Part shown: in pieces, positions 1-11,950 of the stretch
How the letters are laid out: each line of letters starts with the position of its first letter
How positions within the stretch are numbered: the first letter of the stretch is position 1
Assembly (NCBI RefSeq): GCF_006345805.1
Contig: NC_043023.1
Span: 9,300,001-9,364,000, forward strand
DNA: 64,000 nucleotides
Reading direction: 5' to 3'
DNA from: Octopus sinensis
Lineage: Eukaryota
Notes under the pieces: model-generated
The model's database searches: none
Told to the model about the DNA's origin: nothing
What the model saw: only the letters and a program-made list of their open reading frames with translations
Translations under genes and position numbers: made by a program

Positions 1-2270
1 TTTCTTTTTCAGTAACTTCCAAGACCTTTCTTGCCACTTGTCACAGTGAGGTGTTGTGGTGCTACCCAGATCAGGTTTTTCATCACATAACTGTAAAGAC
101 AAGAAATCCTCCACCGCACACCAATTCTCTGATGTATTGCTCTCGTACCGAAAGCCTCGCAATAGCAACATCTAATCACAGAGAACCAAGCTTTCTTTGA
201 GGCTGCTTATGAAGTGCTTCAAATTGTATTTTCCCCCCAGGACTACGTTGCTCAGCCTTTTTCACAGGAAATCGCTTCCTTCTCTTCAATGAGGATTTTG
301 AAATGTCATGTACGGATGATCCATGGAGGATGCTCTATTTTTAAATCTAGGTCTTAAAATCACCGGGAGACATCACGTCTCCACTGTAGATAGTCGCCTT
401 TCAGAATCCTTGTTGCTTTCACAATTAGATTGTGTCACTCCGGTTAAATTTAAACAACCTTCCCCTGGTTTTTCACTGTCTTCTAGATGATGGATAGTAA
501 GTGACCGCTACTGACTGAGGAATACCTGCTTCTGAGGCCAATATTATTGACTGACGAAGCTGAAACTCATGTGACTCCCAGTCATAAACTACTCAAGTAA
601 TTTTAGGATCGTCCATGCCATTATGGCAGATGTTGTAAAGAAAGTTAGGTCAAGACTACGACTACAAGTACTCCATCTTCCTCAGTATGACTCAGCTTAC
701 AGATGCAATTTAGTATTCCCCCACTTTTCACTACATTTACTTGGGTGGTGTGGATTTCTCTCTCACTCCACCCTCACTGTCATATTAAATGGAATTTTAA
801 GGCTTGGATGAGAGTTTGATCGTATTATCACTCTCTCTTCAACCGTTCTGTATTCTCCACCACACAACCTCTCTGCTTATATCCTGTTCGCCAGGTCTTC
901 TTAGTTCCAGTTGATTTGAATGGTTCCAACAAGCAAAATTTGTCGTAGGTTACTGCGATCCAAACTCTGGAAACAGGACCGAATCCGGCTTCCTTCAGTG
1001 CAGGCGCCAACAGTTGGCATTTGACTAACACAAAATTAGGATTTCATTGGAAACGCATTTGTTACTCATTCTGTCTGTGATGTACTGTGCAAGCAGGAAA
1101 CTGTTGTGCTTAGATTATTTTGATATGGAATCTTCGGCATTTAGCCTAATTACGGGCTTCAAATTATTACCATATACATTTTTCTCGAGTTCTTTCTCAA
1201 CATTGCCGTGACCCCCACCTTTTATCAGGGCTAAGAATCATCTCGTTCTTCTTCCCTTTGTTGTAGACTCCTGCCATTGCACTCACTGCTATTTATGCCA
1301 AATAATTTTAAACTGCGTAAGGCTGATCCTCAAGCCATGGCGACATCTAACCCGGCATCTCGAATACCGCAACAATTTTCCACCATTTGTAGAACGGCGT
1401 GGTTTAATTCGAGTGTTGCCGCAAGCCGTCCACGTAGACGGTTAAGAGCTTCATAGTCAATGGACCACTAACCTCCACAAACTGATGCACGTAATGTTTC
1501 CTAAAGGCCGCAAATATCTGCTTAGAATCGAAGAGAACGCATTTCACCTGATTCATCAACACCAAATTGTTTTCCGTTGCCACGTTGCACCTACGCTCAT
1601 TCGCCCAATGTCGGACATTGTCATTAAAGCATGCAAAACTGAAAACAGTCCTCGTGTTTACCGTTGGAGAAGCGGACTAGAGTCAATCCCGTCGGTGGCA
1701 GCGCCACTTGCAGTGTATTTGGTAGCCCCTTTATTCCCTCTAGAGTGTGTTTCTGTGTAGAAATATATATAAATTTATATGTATATAATTCATATTTGTG
1801 TGTGTGTGTATCTGTGTTCCTGAGCTTAAATCTTTTCCCCCACCTTATCATTTACTTATATATAAATTCACATATATTTCATATATAGTTCATATGGCAA
1901 AGTTATTACCTTCCTAATTCTAATTGATTCTTTATAGCTCTTTTAACGGTTAAACAAACAGAAATTGGAATTTATGCTGCAACATTCAAAATTTTAATCA
2001 AGTTCAATTTAAATTTACATGGGACGTAGATTTCATGAATATCAATGTTAATATTAAAACTAACGAAATCATAATACTCTATCATTAGTTTAAACCAAGT
2101 GCATTTAAAGAACGGTTTAAATGCAACAAAATTTATTGTTGGAATTCCGTGTTATAAAGAGATTTGCATTTCAACGGAGGAGAAAATATCTAAATTTATT
2201 TATAAATAAATAAAGAGGTAGCGATAAAATGACTTAAGGTCAGCAAGAAAAACGGACACACAAGCATGAA

Positions 2271-2354
<84 letters not shown>

Positions 2355-2357
<3 letters not shown>

Positions 2358-2902
2358 ACTTATTAACAAGGGCAAAAGAAAGAGAATTCAATGCCAAATA
2401 TGCTGAAATAGACATAATCGTCAATAACAATATAATCTATCACTATAAGCTCGCGTCTCGAAAGCAAGCTGATAGAAATTTCTAAAAAAATTTCGTTCTT
2501 ATCGGATCGATCCCCATTTCTGAGTTAATTCATTTAGAATTTTCTCGTCATCAGCGATAAATACGATAAGAAAATAAATGAGATACTTAGTTGTACCTAT
2601 GGAAGAAGTAAACACTAAGTCATGAGCACACTTAAGTACCCCTAATATATCCAAAATATAAATTCCGTAGCAAAGCTCGAGACACGTGTGAACGGACTGA
2701 AAATTCTCTTAGAGAATTCTCTTACCGTATTTATCGCTGATGACGCGAAAATTCTAAACGAATTAACTCAGAAATGGGGATCGATCCGATAATAACGAAA
2801 TTTGTTGTCGAAAATTCTATTGGCTTGCTTTCGAGACGCGAGCGTATAGTGATAAAGTATTTGGTATTGGATTATTTTTCTTTTGTCCCTGTTTATAAGT
2901 TG
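2355..2902. mobile_element. Foldback/MITE-like element with long imperfect terminal inverted repeats; right arm has an internal deletion
   Basis: Left cactataagctcgcgtctcgaaagcaagc...gataaatacgataagaaaat mirrors right attctcttaccgtatttatc...gcttgctttcgagacgcgagcgtatagtg; abuts (TA)n. Confidence 0.75.
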
Positions 2903-4032
2903 TTTGTAAATTTAACCTTTAAAGGCATTTTTTAACGTGCTGGCCATTGACAACATTTTTTCGAATATTTTATCCTATATTAGATGTAAATTTAATACTA
3001 TTCCCTTCCGGACTCTCTCACTCTATGAGAACTTTCAGTCCGATCACACCTGTCTCGAGGTATGCTGTGGAAGTGAGTGTTTCATCCTCCTATATATTGA
3101 CTGATTGCACTATTGTGGTCATTAAGGTTTTACTTACATATCATACTACGGAAGACGGTAGAGATTATAATTTTTGTATGATTTAAAAGATTTCACGCTG
3201 TTTAGTTACGTATTTAGGAGTTGTAATTTACTTATTGAATTATTTATTGATACGGTTTTACATAGGGTAAATGTGGTTGAAATTTGTGGTTTCTTTGATT
3301 TCTTTGTTCCCAAACAACACTTATTTTAGTGATGTTCACACCGCCGGATTGAAGGGTAGTGACCAGGTGTCGAAACCATGATGGTAACCGTGGGGTAGCT
3401 GATGATGCAGGTATGTTGGATTGTTGCTATGGTTGTGGAATAGTATTATAACACAGATCCTTTTAATATAGAGATGTGTGTGTTTGTGTGTGTGTGTGTG
3501 TCTGTGTGTGTTTGTGTGTCGGTAGATTAAATTTAGGGAAAAATAAAAGTTGAAAACAGGTGTTAGATTCAATGCTCGGGTAATTGAGAACTTCTTTTAC
3601 TTTCGGGCCTATGCTCCTCAACAGAAAGAGAAAGGAGAACATGAACAAAAAGTGATTACAAATCTTGTCGATTTAGGGATCAAGCATGGCAACTGGTTAG
3701 GAAAAACATAGCTTGATGGGAGAGATAGAGAGTCGGGGAAGATAATAAACAACTGGAGATCCCAAAGCAATGGTGTGCGTTCGGAAGTGTATGTAAGAAT
3801 GTGTAAGTATGTGTGTGTGTCTTGAGAGGGGCTAATGACTATGGTGTGTGGATGTATTCGTGCGTAGCTGTGTGCGTCTGTAGTGTGTGGGTGTGCGGAT
3901 GACTGTGTATGGGTGTGTAGATGAAGTTTTTTGGTCTGGGTGTTGGAAAGTGGTTAGTGCTAGTACAAGCACAGACACACAAATATAGACAGATTTATGT
4001 ATAGATTTGTGTTCCCTCAAGATCACCTAATA

Positions 4033-4176
4033 ACCAATGTTGGTGTTAGACACCCTGTAACCTAGTGGTTCGGCAAAAGACACCGAGAGAACAAGTGCTA
4101 GTCTTTCAACAAATAAATGCTGGGCTCGATTGGTTCGCATAAATGCTCTAGCATGGCCATTGTCAAATTACTGAAA
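4033..4176 (+). mobile_element. Decayed 3' half of a SINE resembling an abundant octopus SINE; one per unit (also ~8730, 16100, 23460, 30890, 35190, 39490, 43790, 48090, 52390)
   Basis: ctgtaacctagtggttcggcaaaagacaccgagagaacaagtgctagtc...ctagcatggccattgtcaaattactgaaa resembles the consensus as I recall it; not database-checked. Confidence 0.6.
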
Positions 4177-4539
4177 AAAGTACATGTATAAACGCGTTAC
4201 ATACACACACACATATATATGAATATACACACACACAAATATATAGAAATACTTATTGGTATATGTGTGTATGTGTTTACGTATCTGTCTGGCGATTGAT
4301 AGATATATTGATAAAGTGATAGATAGATAGATAGATTGATGGATGGATGGATTGATATATAGATAGATGGATAGATAGATATGTGGATAGATATATACAT
4401 GTCTCCAGTTCTAGTTTAGTCTTCTTTGCCCTTTTTATCTCATTTATCAATAACTGCTGGTCGTTAATTTTATTCCTATTCTCATCCTTCTCTTTTGTTA
4501 TAGTTTCAACTTTGTATATCAGCGTCATCCTCCTCCTCA

Positions 4540-4850
4540 TCATTCCAAATATTAAGAGCACCATCAGTAAATATTGTCATCATAATCATCGTCTGCGTCC
4601 TCGTAGTGGTCGTCACCATCATCGTTATCATAATCATCGTCAACATCACCATCATCATCATCCTTATCAGTTATGATTTTAAACCACAATTGCAATGCCA
4701 GCAGACCGAAACAACCTCATCACTACCAAATCCGTCACCATCAATGCCCTCATCATAATAATTACCGCTTTCATCATCACTTAACACAATGCCATACATC
4801 TTCATCATTATCTTCATAATCTTCACTTATCATTTTCATAATCGTCTTCA
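4540..4850. repeat. Degenerate (CAT/CGT)n tract, preceded by (GATA)n and (CA/TA)n, upstream of each of E1-E9; related tract at ~59640-59860
   Basis: Direct reading; source of the His-rich and Ile/Met-rich pseudo-ORFs. Confidence 0.85.
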
Positions 4851-4968
4851 CCAAATTGTCTCACTTCTACTTATTTTTCTTCTATTTCAGCAGCTAATTC
4901 ATTGGACATAATAATTGAAATATATGACTAATCACTTCTATGTTTTTTCTTCATGAATTATCTTTCAG

Positions 4969-5040
4969 AGATCTATCCAATAATGCAATCGTGAAAATTG
5001 AAAATGGATCGTTTGCAAATCTTCCGAGATTATGGCGTTT
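4969..5040 (+). CDS. LRR exon E1: DLSNNAIVKIENGSFANLPRLWR(L)
   Basis: tctttcag|AGATCTATCC...TATGGCGTTT|gtaagt; 72 nt; phase 2-2. Confidence 0.92.
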
Positions 5041-5358
5041 GTAAGTTGAACAGTCTTGTTTATACTATATTCCTGAGTATATATTTCGTCAAATTTAATA
5101 TCTTTCCATCTTTCTTTCTTAACCTTCGTTTGCCCTTCTCTAACTCACATTATATATATCTCTCTCTATATATATGTATGTGAGTGTGTGAGTTGAGCGT
5201 GTTTGTGTGTGACGATGTGCGTTTACATTAGTCTATGCGTTCTACATCACTGTTTGGTATATTGTGAAAAGTGCGTATATAGTCATATGTATATTTATGC
5301 CTGAAACGTGTGGATAGATATATGGACCGTCAATGTTTCGTCTTGGGCAGGAGATACT

Positions 5359-6742
5359 AAACAATTCTGTGATGATATCACGTTGTAATTTTAACTCGAT
5401 AAATGAGCAAAAGCTACATTTATCAAAGGAAAAACGACAGAAACATCACGCAGAATGTCATAAAGGAATTAGAACCAGCGGAGAGATACATGTACTTATC
5501 GGTATTTGAAGTGGACATGATCAAATATTCAGTGATGAGGGAAAGGATCAGAATAGAATATTATATCAGGTTAAAAGCAATATTCAAGACAGAGCTGAAT
5601 GCAAGAAACAGAATCGAGGAGATCGGTACTTTTGCTATACCAGGCGTGACTTACAGTTTCAATATCATTAACTGGTCAATTATTGAAATATCTAATCTTG
5701 ACAGAAAAATACGAAAATTGTTGACCATGCGTAGAATGCACCACCCTAAACCAGATGTAGAACGATTTTACCTGCCAAGAAAAGAGGGTGGCCGTAATAT
5801 TTACAATTGGAATTAACAATTGAATTAACGATTGACCGAAACACCTACCAAAATAACTCTCATGACTGGATGTTAAAACTTATCTCAAAGCACGGAAACA
5901 AGAAGGTGTCATATAAAGTAACAAAAGATGCAAGGGAATATCTAAGTGAATTCCAAATACAACAAATCCCAGAGTTAGACGTACTAGAAACAAGCACAGA
6001 AAAAGCTAAGCGAATGAAAGTACATGCAAAGAATCTGACTTAGATATTCTTACAGATAAATGACAAAGAAAACAGCTCAATGGCAAATACCCAAAGAGAG
6101 CTAACGGTGCCGATGTGGATAAAGCCATTACCCATCAATGGTTAGTGTTTTCTAGCTTAAAATCAGAAACAGACGGATTTAATATAGCAGCTCAAGATCA
6201 AGGCCTACCTACAAGAAACTACCATATTAAAGAACGGCAGTCACCCAGCATGTCTTGTATGTAAACAACAAAATGAAACCATTGATCATGTTGTCTCCAT
6301 GTGCAGTCTTCTTGTGCATACAGAATATCTCAACAGGCATGATTGAGCAGCACATCATATTCACTGGTTAATTTGCAAAAACATAGACGTGCCACATGAT
6401 ACAATCTGTTGGGGACACGAACACACTCCAGTTCTTGAAGATGATCGCATTTTATCCTCTAGAACTTCGCCATTAAAAGTGACAGAAAGATAGATGCGAA
6501 TAGACCAGGCATTATATAGAAAAACTACAGGTAAAAACCATGCCTCGTCATTTAAAACTGTCCCAGTCGACAAAAATAGTATCTGTCAAAACCTACAAAA
6601 CTGAGCAAGTGTAAAGATCTTGAAATAGAAATTAGCAAAATGTGGAAGAAAAACAATGCCTGTTGTCATAGTTTCCCGAGGAATTATAGCAAAAGGCCTG
6701 AATCATAACTATCTCAGATACTAGGAAACATCAAAATGGCAG
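5359..6742 (+). mobile_element. Decayed 5'-truncated R4/Dong-like non-LTR retrotransposon (RT C-terminus, zinc-knuckle region, RLE endonuclease remnant)
   Basis: Frameshifted peptides KQFCDDITL..LDK.AKATFIKG, ELEPAERYMYL, ELNARNRIEEIGTFAIPGVTYSF, MHHPKPDVERFYLPRKEGGR and KDLEIEISKMW match R4-clade ORF motifs (from recall). Confidence 0.85.
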
Positions 6743-6859
6743 CAAAATGGCAGTTTGATCTTCCTGATATTATTAATCTTATTGTATGTTTCTACATATA
6801 TTGTCTTCCCTTCTATCTTCGCTCTCCCTTACATCCTCTCTAACAGACGTTCACATTTC

Positions 6860-6896
<37 letters not shown>

Positions 6897-7484
6897 CGTG
6901 TGCGCGCGTGTATGAAAATGATTAAAGATATGAGTGTTTGTGGTTTACATTTGTTATGTGATTTATATAAATTAATGTGAACAACGTAACAATTAACGAT
7001 TAAAGACACAATGCCACAATATGGGGAAAAGCCATGTAGGACGACCAAGGGGATCCAGAGATTCAGATCTAACAATATTCGACAATTAGGCATCAGTAAT
7101 AAGAAGTAGAATACACATCCAGGTGAATTCCTCCTGTATGATAAGTAAATAGAAATATCCTATGGCAGAATTGGGAAAAATTCAGACATTTTGACAACAA
7201 ACGATAAATAGAGAGACAGTTGCGTTTATTATATTTCACATTATAAAGCCTACAATTGTTTATATTTTAATAACATTGATAAAATCTTCAGTATACAGAT
7301 GTAGTGGGAGCAACACTTAAGGTTGGTAACATAGATGCAAACACAAAGTTACAATGCTTATATACACATACATATATCTATACATGAATAAAAAATATGA
7401 CGAATCTGAATTGTAAACTGAATTTCGTTGCATTCAATAACATTTTTGTAATTGCAGACAGAGAGGCAGATTTACAGATGCAGA

Positions 7485-7547
<63 letters not shown>

Positions 7548-7813
7548 GCACACTCACAAACACGAACACTCTCACATACACAACCACAACACAATTTATA
7601 GTCATTCACATGCTCACATACATATACATCTAAATATACGTGTGTTACAAACATATATATATATATATATTATATATACACACGCAAATATACATACACA
7701 TGTTCACAGACATATAGACAAACATAAATATATATATAGACGTATATATGTACACACACACACACACACAAACATATATATATATATATATAAAACGATT
7801 TTACAACTGCACG

Positions 7814-8440
7814 TTCCCACGGCTTTATCGATCGCATTCTTACCTAGAATCGATTTTTGTAATTTTTTCAAGATTTATGCACGCCCTCATAGTGTCGGTA
7901 TCTTCATATCTATTTTGAGTGCAATCGGATGGAGGATGCCCAAGATCCTAGAAGACACACACACACACACATACAGATAGAACGGATTTTATATAATAGA
8001 CTAAAAAAATTTTTTTGGGGTTTGTTCATTCATAATAAATGGAAATAATAAGTTCGACTGTAGGGTAACTACTTCAAGGAGGGACACCGGATTACGTCCA
8101 AGACGGATGCTTCACCTCAGACTGTAAAGGGAGGTAACTAAATTGATTTTGGCAAATTTGTTTGTCACTCAACAGTAGTTGAAAAAGAAAATAGAAAATT
8201 GATGGACTGTGTATGAAATATGCATGCTTGGTGTTAAGGGAAGCAACTCCTATCAGCGCCATATTGTCGATTGTGCAACCAAAGAAAAGCGATTTCCCAC
8301 GGCTTTATCGATCGCATTCTCACCTGGAATCGATTCTTGTACTGTTTTCAAGACTTATACACGCCCTGATACCGTCGGTATCTACATATCAAAATTGAGT
8401 GCATGTGGATGGAGGATGTCGGAGATCTGAGAAGACACAC
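7814..8440 (+). repeat. Two ~147-bp direct repeats (7814-7960 and 8294-8440), probably fragments of one small dispersed element; copied into each S unit
   Basis: Both read ttcccacggctttatcgatcgcattct...ggatggaggatg..agatc..agaagacacac. Confidence 0.75.
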
Positions 8441-8905
8441 AGACACATACACACGCACCCACACACGCATACGTACTTTCATATACGTGTGTTCGTCTTT
8501 TAGTTTTTTTATGAGCCAGTTGAACAAAACAGTGTAGTTTTTCAGTTTGCTGGAAATAACAGCCAAACCTCTCTCATATCATGGCCTTAATAGTTTTAAG
8601 GAAAGGGAAATATAGAATTAATGGTTTTGATTTTGTTCGGATCTATGAAATTTAATATTATTTTAGCACAAACTCAGACACACAAATATAGACAGATTTA
8701 AGTATATATTTGTGTTCCCTCAAGATTACCTAATAACCAATGTTGGTGTTACATACCCTGTAACTTAGTGGTTCGGCAAAATACACCGAGAGAATAAGTG
8801 CTAGTCTTTCAAAAAATAAATGCTGGGCTCGATTGGTTCGAATAAAGGCTCTAGCATGGCCATTGACAAATTACTGAAAAGAGTACATGTATAAACGTGT
8901 TACAT

Positions 8906-8944
<39 letters not shown>

Positions 8945-9701
8945 GACACACATACAAATATATACATATATATATTGGTATATGTGTGTATGTGTTTACG
9001 TATCTGTCTGCCGATTGATAGATATATTGGTAAAGTTGTAGATAGATAGATAGATAGGTAGATAGATAGATTGATAGATAGATAGATAGATAGATAGATG
9101 GATAGATGGATGGATAGATAGATACATGTCTCCAGTTCTAGTATAATCTTCTTTACCCTTTTTATCTCATTTATCAATAACTGCTCGTCGTTAATTTTAT
9201 TCCTATTCTCAACCTTCTCTTTTGTTATAGTTTCAACTTTGTATATCAGCGTCATCCTCCTCCTCATCATCATCATTCCAAATATTAAGAGCACCATCAG
9301 TAAATATTGTCATCATAATCATCATCTGCGTCCTCGTAGTGGTCATCACCATCATCGTAATTATGATCATCGTCATCATCACCATTATCATCATTCTTAT
9401 CAGTCATAATATAGAACCACACATGCAAAGCCAGCAGACCGAAACAACCTCATCACTACCAAGTCCGTCACCGGCAATGCCCTCATCATAATAATTATCG
9501 CTTTCATCATCACTTAACACAATGCCATACACCTTCATCATTATCTTCATAATCTTCACTTATCATTTTCATAATCGTCTTGACCAAATTGTCTCACTTC
9601 TACTTATTTTTCTTCTATTTCAGCAGCTAATTCATTGGACATAATATTTGAAATATATGACTGATCACTTCTATGTTTTTTCTTCATGAATTATCTTTCA
9701 G

Positions 9702-9773
9702 ATTTCTATCCAATAACGCAATCGTGAAAATTGAAAATGGATCGTTTGCAAATCTTCCGAAATTAGAACGTTT
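9702..9773 (+). CDS. LRR exon E2: FLSNNAIVKIENGSFANLPKLER(L)
   Basis: tctttcag|ATTTCTATCC...TAGAACGTTT|gtaagt; 72 nt; phase 2-2. Confidence 0.92.
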
Positions 9774-10088
9774 GTAAGTTGAACCAGTCTTGTTCATACT
9801 ATATTCCTGAGTATATATTTCCTCAAATTTAATATCTTTCCATCTTTCTTTCTTAACCTTCTTTTGCCCTTCCCTAACTCACATTATCTCTCTGTCTCTC
9901 TCTCTCTATGTATGTGTGTGTGAGTTGAGTGTGTTTGAGTGACGATGTGCGTTTACATAAGTCTTTGCGTTCTACATCACTGTTTGGTATCTTGTGAAAA
10001 GTGCGTATATAGTCATATGTATATTTATGCCTGAAATATGAGGTTAAATATATAGTCCTTTAATGTTTCGTCTTGGGCAGGAGATATT

Positions 10089-11570
10089 AAACAATTCTGT
10101 GATGATATCACGTTGTAATTTTACCTCGATAAATGAGCAAAAGCTACATTTATCAAAGGAAAAACGACAGAAACATCCCGCAGAATATCATAAAGGAATT
10201 AGAACCAGCGGAGAGATACATGTACTTATCGGTATTTGAAGTGGACATGATCAAATATTCAGTGATGAGGGAAAGGATCAGAATAGATTATTATCACAGG
10301 GTAAAAGCAATATTTAATACAGAGCTGAATGCAAGAAACAGGATCGAAGTGATCAGTACTTTTGCTTTACCAGGCGTGACTTAAAGTTTTAATATCATTA
10401 ACTGGTCAATTATTGAAATATGTAATCTTGACAGAAAAATACGAAAATTGTTGACAATGCGTAGAATACACCAACCTGAAGCAGATGTAGAACGATGTTA
10501 CCTGCCAAGAAAAGAGGGTGCCCGTAACATTTACAATTGGAATTAACAATGGAATTAACGATTGACCGAAACACCTATCAAAACAACTCTCATGACTGGA
10601 TGTTAAAACTTGTCTCAAAGCACGGAAACAAGAAAGTGTCATATAAAGTAACAAAACATGCAAAGGAATATCTAAGTGAATTCAAAATACAACACTTCCT
10701 AGAATTAGACCTACTAGAAACATGATCAGAAAAAGCTAAGCGAATGAAAGTACATGGAAAGAATCTGACTTAGATATTCTTACAGATAAATGAAAAGAAA
10801 ACATCTCAATGGCAAATACCCAAAGTGAGCTAATAGTAGCGATGTGGATAAAGCCATTACCCATCAATGGTTAGTGTTTTCTAGCTTAAAATCAGACGCA
10901 GACGGATTTAATATAGCAGCTAAATATCAAGTTCTACCTACAAGAAACTACCATATTAAAGAACGGCAGTCACCCAGCATGTCATGTATGTAAACAACAA
11001 AATGAAACCATTGATCATGTTGTCTCCATGTGCAGTCTTCATGTGCATACAGAATATCTCAACAGGCGTGATTGAGCAGCACATCATATTCACTGGTTCA
11101 TTTGCAAAAACATAAACGTGCCACATGATACAATCTGTTGGGGACACGAACACCCTTCAGTTCTTTAAGATGATCGCATCTTATCCTCTAGAACTTCGCT
11201 ATTCAAAGTGACAGAAAGATAGATGCGAATAGACCAGGCATTATATAGAAAAACTACAGGACAAAACCATGCCTCGTCATTTAAAACCGTCCCAATCGAC
11301 ATAAAAGTATCTGTCAAAACCTACAAAACTGAGCAAGTGTAAAGATGTTGAAATAGAAATTATCAAAATGTGGAAGTAAAACAATGCCTGTTGTCATAGT
11401 TGCCCGAGGAATTATAGCAAAAGGCCTGAATCATACCTATCTCAGACACTAGGAAACCCCAAAATGGCAGCAACTCAAAACATAGCGCTAATGGGAACCG
11501 CCTATATCCTACGTAAAATACTGTGTATTCAATTTTAAGTTTTAAAACAAACTCATATTCTTTGAACATC
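10089..11570 (+). mobile_element. Decayed R4/Dong-like retrotransposon copy including the C-terminus KMAATQNIALMGTAYILRKILC
   Basis: Paralogous to 5359-6742; multiple stops and frameshifts. Confidence 0.85.
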
Positions 11571-11760
11571 ATTATCGTCATCTCCTTCATGAAATCCCCA
11601 AACACCGCATTTTTTTCCTTATCTTCCTGCATTTAATTCCGGCGATATATTAAAACTGTTATGGCTAGTCTCTTCTATTAGTGAATGTGCTGATATGATT
11701 TCTCGCGTCACACCGCATTCTTATGAGCCGCCACCACAAAAACCTATTTCCATTTGAAGA

Positions 11761-11950
11761 AAAGACTGATGCAATGAATACCTTATATATAGGTCCTCTA
11801 GGCTGCAGCTTTGATACCATAAAATGATCCACGAATGAGATGTATATCACCGAATCAAAACAAAGCAATTCTGTCACAATACACTACATGCATCTCCCAG
11901 AGGCAGATATAAATAAACTATACGTCCGACGTGAGGATGTTAGAGTGCGC
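11761..11950 (+). mobile_element. Older, highly decayed R4-like RT-thumb relic in the L block (also ~19094, ~26453, ~54185)
   Basis: KTDAMNTLYIGPLGCSFDTIK*..TIHYMHLPEADINKLYVRRED aligns by eye to RIEVISTFAIPGVTYSFNIINW..MHHPKADVERFYLPRKE. Confidence 0.55.

Noticed and set aside
13-50. Possible micro-exon tttctttttcag|TAAC...GTGAG|gtgttg in the L block
   Set aside because: 38 nt is not a multiple of 3, the donor is weak, there is no LRR or other recognisable coding, and it varies freely between copies.
1680-1715. ggtggcagcg as a tRNA-Leu primer-binding site
   Set aside because: Only about 10 nt match, with no adjacent LTR end or recognisable gag/pol.
623-1760. Conserved-looking ORFs of the L block (MADVVKK..., MLVKCQLL..., MHVMFPKG...)
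   Set aside because: Their conservation reflects recent DNA duplication, other copies carry indels, and I recognise no domain. Probably an old unidentified TE.
4383-4676. His-rich and hydrophobic ORFs upstream of each exon (also 16416, 23777, 31356)
   Set aside because: Translations of (CAT)n and (GATA)n tracts; length and frame vary between paralogous copies.
4891-4968. Second strong-looking acceptor (ttttcttctatttcag or tttctgcag) 75-78 nt upstream of E1-E9
   Set aside because: In the copies checked (E1, E5, E6) the in-frame extension hits TAA or TGA within 1-8 codons, so it cannot extend the protein. There is no evidence it is used.
5403-5816. 137-160 aa ORFs (MSKSYIYQRKNDRN...) repeated many times, as a tandem host gene family
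   Set aside because: They are frameshift-bounded pieces of a decayed R4-like RT. The Met is fortuitous, and homology continues in other frames on both sides.
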